Origin: Epiperipatus broadwayi
Taxonomy: Eukaryota; Animalia; Onychophora
Assembly (NCBI GenBank): GCA_028023455.1
Contig: JAQFVV010000002.1
Coordinates: 30,814,001-30,878,000 of the forward strand
DNA: 64,000 nucleotides
Direction: 5' to 3'
Position 1 is the first letter of the stretch. The number at the start of each line of letters is the position of its first letter. The notes below the pieces were generated by a model, which saw only the letters and a list, made by a program, of their open reading frames with translations, did no database searches and was not told the DNA's origin. This document shows, piece by piece, positions 1 to 12,976 of this stretch. Both the position numbers and the translations under genes were made by a program.

Positions 1-1450
1 GTGTGTGTGTGTGTGTGTAGGATCGTGTGCAGATGCATATTAAAAAAAAATTTTTTTTATATGAAATATAAATAAGTGTAACCATATATATGTATCGTAG
101 GCAAATTAAAATGTTTGCCCTCACAACATAGGTTAAGTTGTTTAACGTTTGATGATCGACTATTTTATATTCATATGATTATTTTATATTCATATGTGAG
201 GGCAAGACCATATGTATATGCGTATGCATTCATTTATAGAGCCGAGATCGATTATAAAATATGTTGTTATGAGATTTATATGAATAAAATGCTATTTGTT
301 GAGAAATAATGAGACTGAATATTAAATGATTAAGAAAATATTTGTGTAATTCATATACAACTTAGTTTTAATAATGAAGTTTATCGAGTTAAAGTTTTAT
401 GGAGAATAGTATTATATAGAGTTGAAGAAGATTGTAGTATGAAAATTTATTTTTTGTATATATACAAAGTAGTATTTTAAAGTTGAATATAAAGTATGTG
501 AATAATGTTCGAAGTAATAATAAAGATGCAGCAGTAGTTTTAAGTTATACATTTCGGAGTTGATCTTCTCTCTAGAGTGAAATATTCATCGAACGAGTGT
601 TTTTGATAATATGCCAATAATTCTTAGCTATAAAGCTAACAAAAGTTTTATACTTGCTTAGGATGGAATGTTTAATGCTTAAAAAGGATCATGAGCCAAC
701 CTAAAAGAACCAATCATTAGGGATTGTCTTTTTTTTTAAAAAAAAGTAATAAATTATAATGTAGAAGTGCAAATATACATACAGTATTACAAATGCATAT
801 ACACACATACATACTTATAGATGCATATATACTTATAAACATCACACATATTTATGGACTTCATATTATAAGCTGATTAACTTTTAATTTTTATGTACTA
901 TAAATAATTTTGGAGAAAAGTTTGAAATAATTTATTGAGATATTTCACTAACACTATATAAAAAAATTGTATTTCCTTATTTCAGAGTATCTATTTTTTT
1001 TCTTCTAAAATGTCTATTTTATATATATTTTTGGGTTTTTTTTTCCTACATTTTTTTTAAAGTTTTTTTTTTTTACCATTTTATTGGAAAATTGAATTTT
1101 CTTTTAACCTTTATGTGTTATGTGAACTGTGTCATTTTTTTATATTGGAAAAAGTAGCAAGATGTGTCAAACTTAATGATTTTTGACTTTGAAATGTGAA
1201 TTGCATGGCTAACTAATTTTTAATGGAGTTACCTTTGAGTTTTACATATTTTATGTATCAGTTTCTTCAGAATAGATTTTTGATTGATCCTGAAATCACT
1301 TATGTTCCACTTTTTCCACCCATTTTTGCCAATCTTATTATTGCACTACTTTTTAAAAATGGATCAGTTGTGAAAAAAATATTTCAAAATTAAGATTAGA
1401 ATAGATTGCCTCCAAAAATATGATTACAATTTGTAATAATGAGGTAATTA

Positions 1451-1540
1451 AGCTCCAGGTGGCTGAGTGATTAGCACAGCTGCCTTACAAGCAGTTGTCC
1501 AGGGTTTGCTTCCTGGCTGATGCTTTGACACATAAAAAAA
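1451..1540 (+). mobile_element. tRNA-derived SINE (tRNA-Val(TAC)-like)
   Basis: A box ggtggctgagtga, anticodon arm ctgc-cttacaa-gcag, degenerate B box ggtttgcttcc, A tail. Confidence 0.7.
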
Positions 1541-1842
1541 GTAGACAAGTTGCAACCCAAGTGTTAACATTGTGTAACTTTTGTAGCATCATGGTAGCAG
1601 TGGGCTGTTACTGGATTTATTTGCAGTTTTATTATTGAAATGTAATTTTTAAAATTTTTTCCTCATATACTTTTTATTTTCTTTATTTAATATTTTTGTT
1701 TTTTTATTGCTTATTTTTTATGGCTGTTTTTGTTTTTTTATTCTGTACAAATTAAACATGTTATTATAAGAATAAAAATAAAGAGATTATATCCATGTAA
1801 ACAGAGATAACTTTTGCATTCACACCCATTGATATATTTATT

Positions 1843-1955
1843 AGTCAAGCATTGTTAGCCGAGAGGTCATTGCAGCAACCTTGCAAGCAAGTAGTTGGTT
1901 GCAGACGGTTGTGGGTTTGTGTCCCGGCAGATGCTATGACATATGAGAAAAAAAA
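1843..1955 (+). mobile_element. tRNA-derived SINE, diverged copy
   Basis: Shares the 5' agtcaagcattg and 3' gatgctatgaca..tgagaaaaaaaa ends with the other copies. Confidence 0.65.
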
Positions 1956-2670
1956 GTCTTAAGTGCACTACCATAGGGCAAATATATTTCCAGCATGTCT
2001 GTACAAAGAAACAGGGTAGAAGAAGATAATACATTCTAACTCAGAATTGGTCGATATAGAGACTCATTGTTCGACTAATTGTTGTTCATTAAAATAAATG
2101 ATCGTAACAGAGGCTACTCCATCTTTCTATGCTGGTGGATGTTTGCAATATGGTATGTTAAGATAAATGTTAACCTAATAGAAATCCCAAAAATTGAATA
2201 TATCTGTATATGGTCTATTTTTATTTAATGTCAATAATAAAGTAGGTAAGACATACTGATTATTATAATCAAAGCAGTGTAAATTCAGTTCATTAAGGCT
2301 TTGACAATTTGTTTTTGAAAATGTGAAATGTTTATTTGGTTAATGTTTCATCTTTTTTTTTTAATTGAGACTTTCTGAAAAATTATTTAGTGAAGTTTTA
2401 AAAAAAATCTTGAAAATCTTATAAATGCTCAGGAGATTACTAATACTTAAGTATAACCGTTATATGTCAGCATACGCTCGCAGAAATTTGTGTATAACCT
2501 ACAACAAAAATTGGGCTTCTGTAATTCTACAATTTTTTTTTAAAGAGTTTAAAATTATTGGCTTTATTTACAAAAGAATAAAAATATATAAAATAATGAT
2601 ATTAAATCAAATATGGCACACAGTATTTTTTTTGAACATTCTATATATATATAGAGGGGGGGGGGAATTT

Positions 2671-2850
2671 ATCGTTGATATTATTGAAAAAATTAAAAGA
2701 CCAAAATGAATTCGGCTTGACATATTGCTAAAAGATAAGATAATAGTTGGACAGTTATAATCTTAAACTGTATTCCAAGAAATTGTAAAAGACCTAGAAA
2801 GAGACCACTTGTGAGATGGTTGGATGAACTAAGGACATTTGCTAAAAAAG
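2671..2850 (+). mobile_element. RTE 3'-end fragment (degenerate)
   Basis: Similar to the 3' end of the RTE copies (gaaaaaattaaaaga...gacctagaaagagaccac..gtgagatgg). Confidence 0.7.
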
Positions 2851-3419
2851 CCATATATGAAATGAACAATGTTATATACAAGCTTATTAAATTAAGTCAT
2901 GTGACATCCGACTTGATTTTTTTTTTTTTTGTAATGAGATGAATAAATAAAATCAGGACATTTTCTTGGGGGGGGGGGGAGAAAGGATTTGGGATAGGGG
3001 GGAGGGATAATAAGGGGAGAAACCTTTTTTTCCTATATTAAAAAAAAATAATAGAAGGTGATGTGTTTTATTTTTTGATTTTTTTAAAAATTTTTGTTGG
3101 GGTTGTTAAAAAAAATTTTTATTTTTATTTTTATTTTATTAAATATAAAGAATTTAAAAAAAATAAGAAAAGAAAAAATAAAAAGTTTGTCGCTAATTTT
3201 TTATTGAATCAAATAATTTATCCAGTGTATTTTATGTTGAGGTTAATTAATTAAATTAAATTGTAGTAGTTAATATATATTTAGCTGTTCTTTTTCGTTA
3301 CTGGTTTTTATTTTATAAAAATGTTTGAAACCTTGGCAGGAGAGTTTTGGTACAGCAACTGTAAGAATAGGTGGATTCATTCTATTCTTGATTTATTCAA
3401 CATTTAGAGTGCTTTTAAG

Positions 3420-3870
3420 TTATAGCCTGGGGAAAAGTGATTTACTTCCTGTTTACATATACATAGAGTGTAGGGGATTTGAACTGAGATTTTGAAGGAC
3501 CCTTCAACCATCCACACTATCTCATCCAACTGATACACATGACCACACAAATGTAGAAAAGATAAATAATCACTAATATACGTATTTCGTGCTAAACCAG
3601 CACTCATCAGTTGGTCCAGATTATCATCTCCCACACATATATATAATCAGTGCTCAGTTTATATTAAGATAGCAAATCTTCATACTTTAATGGACAGGCT
3701 TCAATCCACTCCAACCTCCAACTCTTCAGCCATCCATATCATTGAAAATCTGATGATGAAAACTCAAATCCCATGCTGATTCTAATATTATTGCCATGCC
3801 CATGTTGACCTGAAGTCACTGATCCCTCATATATAGGACCGTATCCATTTACATACATATAAGAGGGCTG
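3420..3870 (-). mobile_element. Hammerhead-ribozyme repeat, single monomer
   Basis: Minus strand 3571-3617 reads GGACCAA CUGAUGA GUGCUG-GUU-UAGCAC GAAA UACGUAU A UUAGU: intact core, fully paired stem II. Confidence 0.85.
3571..3617 (-). ncRNA. Type I hammerhead ribozyme motif (near intact)
   Basis: CUGAUGA and GAAA core, 6-bp stem II, palindromic AUACGUAU stem III, AUA cleavage triplet, one mismatch in stem I. Confidence 0.82.
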
Positions 3871-4214
3871 CAGAAAGGAGTTTGCTATTAACTGAAAGGA
3901 GACCCATTGATTCCTCTTGGAGGCCTTAAAGGAACCGAGCAGGGCAAATTCCTAATGTCCACTCCATACGTTCTTGTCGTTGCAGCTGTTATTACTATGT
4001 GATTATTCATATAGTATACGAACATGGATGGGCTGCTCACCAACATGCATTAGCCAGCATGGTGAGTTTATTGGCTTTTTTACCTCTAAGTTTAAGATCA
4101 AGAAACACCATGGTCTTTCTTCTCAGTGCCTGATAAGGCAGAATGAATGTTTGTGTAAATGATAAATATTTTTCCAATACATATATACAATTATGACAGA
4201 CAAAAATAAAGCAT

Positions 4215-7210
4215 GGCCCTTATTCCCAGGAGGCTGTAAAGTCACCAACCAAGGCAGCGGTTGGTGACCGAAGGCGGAGGGTGCTAAGAATCCCCTGATT
4301 GTGGACCCAGGCTGCCATTTGATGATGACTTTTTATTTAGGTACTTACAACTGCAGATCACTTTCAAGTGAAGGAAGATTGCAAGAATTAGAAGAAGAAT
4401 TGTCTTATATTAAATGGGACATTATTGGACTTTGTGAAGTTAGAAGAAAAGGTGAAGAAACAATTGATTTAAAAAGTGGACATATACTCTATTATAAAGG
4501 CACAAATATTGGAAATACAAGTGGAGTAGGATTCATTATAAAGGCACAAATATTGGAAATACAAGTGGAGTAGGATTCATTATAAATAAAAAGTGGAAGA
4601 ACAATATTGTGGAGATTGATGGTGTATCGGACAGAGTTGCAAGATTAGTTATACAACTTAATAGCAGATACCAAATGCAGATAATTCAGGTTTATGCCCC
4701 AACAAGTTCTCATAGTGATGAAGTAGTAGAAGATTTTTATATGGATGTACAAAAGGCTTTTGATCAGAGTAAACAACATTTTAAAATTGTTATGGGAGAC
4801 TTTAATGCTAGAATTGGTAGATAAATGAAAGATGAAATTGCTGTAGGTAATTTTGGTTATGGTAATAGAAATGAGAGAGGACATAGACTTGTGGAGTTTG
4901 CAGAAAAAGATAAACTTTATATTATGAATTCATTTTTTGTGAAAAATGTTAAAAGTAAATGGACATGGAAGCATCCAAATGAAGGTACAGCAGAATTGGA
5001 TTATATTTTGACTAACAGGAAATACATATTTCAAGATTGTAATGTTCTTAATAAATTTAACACAGGAAGTGATCATCGATTAGTAAGGTGTAAGTTACGT
5101 GTTAATGCAAAACTAGAGAGACAAAAATTATTAAGAAAAACAATATTTACAGTTGATATTCCTAATCTTCAGAAACATTCTAATGAATTTAAATTAGAAC
5201 TTACAAATAGGTTTCAAGTGTTAGGAGATTTTGAACATGATTCAGATTTGAATGAAATTAATATGAAAATGACTGATACACTTTTAAAAACTGCAACAAA
5301 GATAGCTGGTAGAAAAAAGCAGCAATTGACTAATAAAATTTCTACTGAGACTAGAGAATTTATGAAGAAAAGAAAAAATATGAAGATATACAAAAATGAT
5401 GTATTAAAAAGAATTGAATATCTCGAATTTTGTAAAATGGTATGGAAAAGAGTTGAAAATGATATTAGAAAGTATAACTGTGAAATAGCAAGGAAAGCTG
5501 TAGAAGAAAATAAAAGTCTCAAGAATGTTAAACAACATTTTGGTATTGGTAGGAAATTTATATCTGCAATAAGAAAAAAAGATGGAATTATTACTAAAAA
5601 GAGAGATGACATCATGAAATTGGTAGAAGATTTTTATCAAGAATTATATAGTAATAAAGAACAAGTACCTCCTATATCTATTACATCTTCCGAATTGCCC
5701 AGAATTTTAAATGAAGAAGTGAGACATGCAATTAAATGTATGAAGAAAGGAAAGGCTCCAGGAAATGATGGAATTATAATTGATATATTAAAAGAAGCAG
5801 GTGAAGAAATAGAAACAATTTTAGCAAAGCTATATACCAAATGTCTAAATGATAAAGGTGTACCGGAAGATTGGAAGAATGCTGTAATAATATTAATATT
5901 TAAAAAAGGTGATAAAGAAGATATTAGAAATTACAGACCTATCAGCCTTTTATCAGTTTTATATAAAATTTTTACCAAGATAATTACAACTTGTCTACAG
6001 AGAACTTTGGATTTCCACCAACCAAGAGAACAAGCTGGATTTAAAAGTGGTTTTAGTACAATAGATCATATCCAGGTATTGAGAGAAGTCATAGAAAGGA
6101 CAAATGAATATGAGTTGTCATTATGTTTTGGATTTGTAGATTATGAAAAGGCATTTGATTCTATACACATTTCTTCAGTGATTAAAGCATTGGATCATCA
6201 AGGTATAGATCCAGGATATTGTCATATTTTAAAGAATATTTATAAAAATGCAACAGCAACAATTAGATTACATAATGATACTGGAAAAATCAACATTGAG
6301 AAAGGTGTAAGACAAGGTGACTCCATATCTCCAAAACTTTTTATAGCAGTGCTGCAAGAAGTATTTTGTGGATTAAAATGGGAAGCTAAAGGAGTGAAAG
6401 TAAATGGAGATTATTTAAGTCATTTAGATTTTGCAGATGATGTAGTTGTTTTTGCAAATAATGCTTTAGAGGTACAGGAAATGTTGCAGGAGTTATCAGA
6501 TGAAAGTAGAAAAGTAGGACTAAAGATAAATGTTAAAAAGACTAAAGTAATGTTTAATCGATTTGCTCAAAATATGAAAATAAAGATTGATTATGAAGAA
6601 TTAGAAGAAGTTAACAGTTACAAATACCTTGGTCAGATTATTAATACAGATGAAAACATAATGGAGGAAATTAATCATAGAATTAAACTTGGTTGGAGTG
6701 CTTTTGGTAGAAATAACTTGATATTAAAAGGAAATATGCCTATGTGTTTGAAAAGAATGGTTTTTAACAAATGTGTTTTACCAGTTTTTACTTATGGATC
6801 TGAGATTTGGACACTTAATAGAAGAGCAATACAGAGACTTTAGACCACTCAAAGGAGTATGGAGAGATGTATGTTGGGAGTAACAAGAAGAGATCGAAAA
6901 CGCAATGTATGGGTAAGACAACAAATAGGTGTTACTGACCTTATTGAAAAAAATTAAAAGATTGAAATGGAGTTGGGCTGGACATATTGCTAGAAGAAAT
7001 GATAATAGATGGACGATTGAAATTTTAAACTGGATTCCAAGCGATTGTAAAAGACCCAGAAAGAGACCACATGTGAGATGGATGGATGAAATAAGAAAAT
7101 GTGCAGGGGTGTTGTGGAAAAGAGAAGCTAAAGATCGGAGAAGATGGATTAAACTTGGAGAGACCTTCATCCTGCAGTGGATTGATAATAGTTGATGGTG
7201 ATGATGATAA
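4215..7210 (+). mobile_element. RTE-clade non-LTR retrotransposon, near full length, inactivated (APE endonuclease + RT)
   Basis: APE motifs (GTYNCRSL, IIGLCEVRR, QVYAPT, MGDFNA, SDHRLV) and RT motifs (YRPISLL, VDYEKAFD, GVRQGD, LDFADD); (GAT)n 3' tail. Disrupted by a 44-nt tandem duplication near 4496-4583, stops at 4822 and 6841, and an A-run frameshift near 6950. Confidence 0.93.
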
Positions 7211-7770
7211 AGAGGGATGGACAGGATACAAGCTTGATATGTAAATATTTGAAAACCAAGCACTCTTCACAAACTTGGGAGCATAATTTACATATCAAGC
7301 TTGTATCCTTGCCATCCCTCTTATATGTATTTAAATGGATACTGTCCTATACATGAGGGATCAGAGTGACTTCAGGTCAACATCGGCATAGCAATAATAT
7401 TAGCATCAGCATGGGGTTTGAGTTTTCATCATCAGATTTTCAATGATATGGATGGCTGAAAAGTTGGAGCTTGGAGTGGATTGAAGCCTGTCCATTAAAG
7501 TATGAAGATTTGCTATCTTAATATAAACTGAGCACTGATTATATATATGTGTGGGAGATGATAATCTGGACCAACTGATGAGTGCTGGTTTAGTACGAAA
7601 TATGCATATTGGTGATTATTTATCTTTTCTACATGTGTGTGGTCATGTGTATCAGTTGTATGAGATAGTGTGGATAGTTGAAGGGTGCTTGAAAATCTGA
7701 GTTCAAATCCCCTATATTTACAATTAACTTCCCAGGTTTGTGAAAAGTGCCTGGTTTTCAAATATTTATA
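7209..7770 (+). mobile_element. Hammerhead repeat monomer with a short inverted 5' segment
   Basis: Core at 7568-7613 (ggaccaa ctgatga gtgctggtttagtac gaaa tatgcat a ttggt). 7209-7280 is an inverted copy spanning the monomer end/start junction. Confidence 0.85.
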
Positions 7771-7951
7771 TACATAGAGCTATGTTTAATTTAAAAGTTT
7801 ATGGAATATTAGGTATAATAGATTCATTGAATTAGTCTTATGATTCTTGCATCAATAAATAATCGAATGGCTTCATTATTTGGAAGTTTAGAATAATTTC
7901 AAGCGAAGCTGTCAGAACTGGAATCGATCACAGGACCTTAAACTCCGAACT

Positions 7952-8368
7952 TTATCATTATCATCATCGTCATCAACAACCATTATCAAACCACTGCAGG
8001 ATGAAGGTCTCTCCAAGTTCAATCCATCCTCTCCGATTTTTAGCTTTTCTTCTCCACATCACCCCTGCACACTTTCTTATTTCAACCATCCATCCCACAT
8101 GTGGTCTCTTTTACAATCTCTTGGAATCCAGTTCAAAATTTCAATTGTCCATCTATCATCCTCTCTTCTAGCAATATGTCCAGCCCAACTCCACTTCAGT
8201 CTTAATTTTTTCAATGAGGTCAGTAACACCTGTTTGTTCTCTTACCCATACATTGCGTTTCCGATCTCTTCTTGCTACCCCCAACATGCATCTATCCATA
8301 CTTCTTTGAGTGGTCTGAAGTCTCTGCATTGCTCTTCTATTAAGTTTCCAAGTCTCAGATCCATAAGT
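7952..8368 (-). mobile_element. 5'-truncated RTE copy, minus strand
   Basis: Reverse complement of the RTE 3' ~400 nt, including the (GAT)n tail seen as tcatcatc at ~7955-7975. Confidence 0.88.
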
Positions 8369-9159
8369 TTATCTTTATACTGACCCAAAACAGTCTCAGT
8401 GAACTAGTTTGAATCTGCCAGTAATTTTGGTAATTGTAAGAGCATTACAGTTATTAAAATAAGAATTATTGTTAATTCATATTGCGTTCTCGTTTTATAT
8501 ATATATAGGAAGAAAGCAAGAGGAAAAATAAGAGAAATAAATGAAATAATAAATCTGTTATTGACATATATTTGTGATTAATAAAAAATGTGACTTTTAA
8601 ATGGAAGCTATTTTAAAAATCATGCAAGTTGACAATTTTAATTCATCTTATTTTTGGTTTGTTTAATTGAAATTGATTTTAAAGTTTATGTGAGAAAATC
8701 GATAAAGCAAAACGGGAATAGCAGATATTTCATCACGCTCGATAATAAATACATCATTCAGCTGTTCCCAAGTCACTCGATTTATTAACCCGAGTTTGCA
8801 TTTAAAAGACATGTAAAACACAATTTAGGGACCACCACATTTTTTTTTTTAAATTCTCATTACAACTACCTGAGTTATAGTTTAGTTTTAAATACTTTCT
8901 AAAATTAACTCATTTTTACTTCACTGGGAAATGTTTGTTTTTGCCATGACCAAAGTGAAGTTTGAGAAATAATTTATTGATTTTGTATACGGTAATCTTA
9001 ATTATCTCAGTTTTTTTTTTATATTATGCATTATTTCCCAAACAAACTAGTATGAATTTATTATATGTATACTTTTCTAGTGATTCGATAAGAGACTAAG
9101 GCAAATTATTATGGCTTTTAACTCGCAGTCAAGCCGATTTTTAAAATCTTTTTATTTTA

Positions 9160-9810
9160 TAGTGAATAATATTTCTATAGTTTAATTTACACTACACCAC
9201 TCTCATGCAAGGTCTGAGCCAACTGATGTGTTCTGCTTCAGCATGTAATATGCATCTTGAGGGATCATAGATCTCTTTGACACATCTTGGGTCATATGTT
9301 TATAAATACATTCCTCCATAAGGTGTTAAATGTGGATGTGGATAGAAACCATGCTCTATTTTGCATGAGAGTGGTGTAGTAAAAATTATACTACGGAAAT
9401 ATTATTCATTATTGGATAATGTCTAGTCTAATGAAGGATTAATAAAAAATATTAATATACTTCCATTAAGCGATTCGTTTCAAAGTTGTGAGGGCAGTAC
9501 ATTTGACACTTATCAAATAAACTGTAGTAATGTGCCATCTATATATATACTGAACAATAATAAAGGTATGTCTAAGATATTGTGGTTTGGGCCAACTGAT
9601 GAGTATTGGTTCAGCATGAAATGTGCATCTTGAGCATTATAGATTTCACAATCTTTGGTCATATGTTTATGATTACATCCCTCCACAAGGTATTTAAAGC
9701 ATATAGAAACCATTCCCTATCTTGCATAAGAGTGGTGTAGTGAAAATTACACTACAGAAATATTATTCATTATTGGAGAATCTAGTCTAATGAATGACTA
9801 ATAAAAATTA
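9160..9810 (+). mobile_element. Hammerhead repeat variant family: two head-to-tail copies (~373-nt period) with inverted segment
   Basis: Cores at 9223 (degenerate) and 9596 (ctgatga gtattggttcagcat gaaa tgtgcat c ttgag); 9161-9210 is inverted relative to 9360-9410. Confidence 0.75.
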
Positions 9811-11220
9811 TTATTAGACTTTTTATTATTATTTTAACTTTTTAAAACTTCTGACGTATCATAAATTAATTTTAACTCAAAGCATGTTTAATATAAAGAA
9901 GTCCAAACATGAATAATAATAATTCAAAGAATAATTGTATTTATAAAATAAATAATATTTGAAAATATGATAAATTAATGTTTTGAAATTTAATTTCCCT
10001 TCATCAAAATAGCTGAAATACACAGGCTTATATATACCTGTGTCTATATATGTAATAGACAGGGTATGAGCACAGACTTTCACATGACCCACCACTCTCT
10101 AAACCATCTCATAACACTGATAATTATAACTACTGCTATATTTTTAATGCATAAATAATATAATTATTTTAGGTCTTGCATATGATCCATGGTTTGATTC
10201 ATTTTCATAAATATTTTAATTCTTGATATATTTTACATACTATAAACACTAAATAGTTCTAATGAGCATGTGAGTTATCTTTAAATATCTTAAATATCCC
10301 CCCCCCCATCCGTATGTTGTTAATTTATATGTGCTGATGTCTGCTAGGTGAGATGTAATGGGTGATGCAAAATAACATTTAGTATTAATCAAATATAATT
10401 ATTTATCTATTCACACTTATAAAGAAAGTCAAAAGAATTGTAATGGAATTTTAAACTTCACTAGCAGAATTAAATAGATAGTTATTTATATGATTTTAAT
10501 TATAGGGGCTTTGAACACAGATTTTCAAGATCCCTTCAGCTAGCTACTCTATCTAAAAGTACCAATAAACCTAACCACACACATGTGGAAAAGATATATG
10601 ATCAACAATATATGGTATTAATATATTTTAAATTTCCTAACCTGTTATTTGTGGATTTGATATTTCTTATAGAATAAATACAAAACCATTATTATGGCTT
10701 CAATTCCTTTATCTATTTTATAAATGTATAAATAAATTGAATATTAATTTATCTATAAGTTTGATGTATTAACTGAATATTACAATTTCTTTTTATGGTT
10801 GGTTTATCTAAATGGTTTTATGACATTCATGTTTATCAATATTAAATGGAATTCAAAATTCAGTAAACCTATTTTTGCTAAAGCATAGAAAGAAAGCATA
10901 ACTATATATATATATTCATCATGCTGTAGATAATTTATTTCTTTTTCAAAATGGAAAAATGATATATATATATATGCTATGTCTGGGAGCTATCCCTTTG
11001 CTTCCGAACAGACATATGCTTATATAAATTTTATGCTTTATTACATAAATAATACAATTGTTATTATTATAAATACATATTAACAATTTCTTTACAACTT
11101 TACTACATACAAACCCAAAGGCATATTAAAATCATAATGAAGGTCATTGCAAAATTTATGCATTATTTTTTTAAAATGTTTTTCATTTGTAAATTGTACA
11201 TTTCTGATAAATAAAGTAAA

Positions 11221-12976
11221 AACTGGTAAAGACAGTTGAGGCCCTAATCAAAAATGACATACAAGATATAATTGATCAGCTGTCTAATTGCCAGTTTGCC
11301 AAAAAGGGGAGCTCGACAGCCAATGCTGTGAGTCGATTTCATCTATTGATAGACCACATTCGCATGAAGATCTCGCAGCCAATCGCAGTTCAGCTCGATT
11401 TTGCTGCTGCTTTTGATTGCATTCGAGTTGACGTACTTATGAAGATCCTGGAGGGACTCAAAGTACCAGCTGCCTACTTCCAGATGATAGAGAACCTCCT
11501 GTATAATAGGGAGGTGTTTTTGATCTCTGGATGGGAGGGTGTCCCCAGGATTTAAGCCTGGTGTTTCTATTCCTCAGGGCTCTCCTCTGAGTGTGCTCCT
11601 TTTCACTGCCTATGTGAATCCCCTCCTGCTAAGCATTGAGACATCTCTTAAAGAGATATCCATACCTTTGCTAAGAGAGAGGGTCCATTGTGTCTCCTAT
11701 ATGGATGATGTGGTGGTTTTTCTTGCTTCATGGGAGGAGCTTGCTGGACTAGAGGAGCTCTTGGACCAATTCGAATGTGAATTTGGTCTGTCAACAAGGA
11801 GAAATCGGCAATCTGATCGATTATGACTGGCAAGCAAATTCTCGGCATATTTAAGGCTCCACCTCAGAAGTTCCTGGGTTTTCATCTAGTGGCCTTCCCA
11901 TCTAAAATGAGGAAGGAAATTGAAAACGATTTAATGACTAAGATAACAAAATTTATTGGATCATTGAGAAGATTTATTTGTCTTTGTTCGGGAAAATCTT
12001 GCTGATGAATGCTGTCATGCTCCCCAAGATTACATACTTCCTTGCAGGCTTCTCACTGATGAAAGACTTTATAAGGAATGTCAAAACCCAATGTAGGAAG
12101 CTGTGTTGGGGGGGGAGCTCCTGTCATCAGCCTGCGCCTCCTACAGAAACCTAAACAGATGAATGGCATAGGACTACACTCAGTCAAAATCTTATTAATA
12201 CAGTGTTTTCATAATGTTCTTACCAGATTATTTATGAAAAACCCAGATATGGAAGGGCCAATATTCCCAGAAGAAATAACTCCTACCGATAGGCCACCTC
12301 CCAAAAGTGGAAGGCTTTGGATTCAAAAGCAAATCTCTATAGTATTTAACCATCTAAAAATGAAGCCAGGAACAATGTTTAATAACAAACTAAACTACTG
12401 GAACACATATGATCTTATGAATCTGGAAGAAACTAAAATTGACAATATTCTTTCGATTGGAATATCGAGGTTCTCCAGGTTGACCAAACGTCTAAAATTG
12501 GAACCGAGGTTTGTTGATTTTTTAATCAAGGTTAACCTTGGGGCCTTGCCTACCGCTGACTTCCTACATAGTAAAAGGAATTATAATCTGGACCCTATAT
12601 GTGCACTATGTAGGCGTAGTGATGAGACAATGGCACATATATTGGAGGAGTGTCAAATTTGGAATAGCATAAGAAACACTTTTAAATCTCTCATTAAAAC
12701 AAAGAATCAGCTTGTGTAAATTTGACTAAGGCCTTCAAGAGTGGACATTTTGGGGTCATAAGATTGGCAACATTTATAAATTTTTCCATTTGGTCATTGA
12801 GAAATAAGACTATCTTCGAAAGTGGAGAAGAATATGACATGATGAAAATGTCTTTACACTTACTAAAAGAAATTAAAGAATTAGACCAAAAATTTTTTCA
12901 GAATTGGACGTTCAACCAGACCTGGGCCCTAATAAACCTAAAACAAAGTGTAGTACCGATGATGAAAAGAATATAA
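11221..12976 (+). mobile_element. 5'-truncated degenerate non-LTR retrotransposon, L1/Tx1-like RT with zf-RVT C-terminus
   Basis: Frameshifted ORF pieces with LDFAAAFD, IPQGSPLS, YMDD and KFLG, followed by C-terminal LGALPT...CALCRRSDETMAHILEEC...IWSLRN, typical of the zf-RVT region. Confidence 0.8.

Noticed and set aside
115-3254. Short ORFs in AT-rich and low-complexity sequence (and similar 60-120 aa ORFs throughout)
   Set aside because: Biased F/I/K/Y/L composition, no domains and no splice context; expected by chance.
4215-4310. Possible HDV-like ribozyme at the RTE 5' end (hairpin gtcaccaacc/ggttggtgac)
   Set aside because: RTEs can carry HDV-like ribozymes, but I could not assign the nested P1/P2/P3/P1.1 pairings. 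The copy may be 5'-truncated.
5214-5840. Minus-strand ORFs overlapping the RTE copies (also 36274-36899, 6778-7270, 60031-60518)
   Set aside because: Antisense shadows of LINE coding sequence.
10020-10620. Faint minus-strand remnants of the hammerhead repeat 3' half
   Set aside because: The ribozyme core is absent and boundaries are too uncertain to list as a feature.
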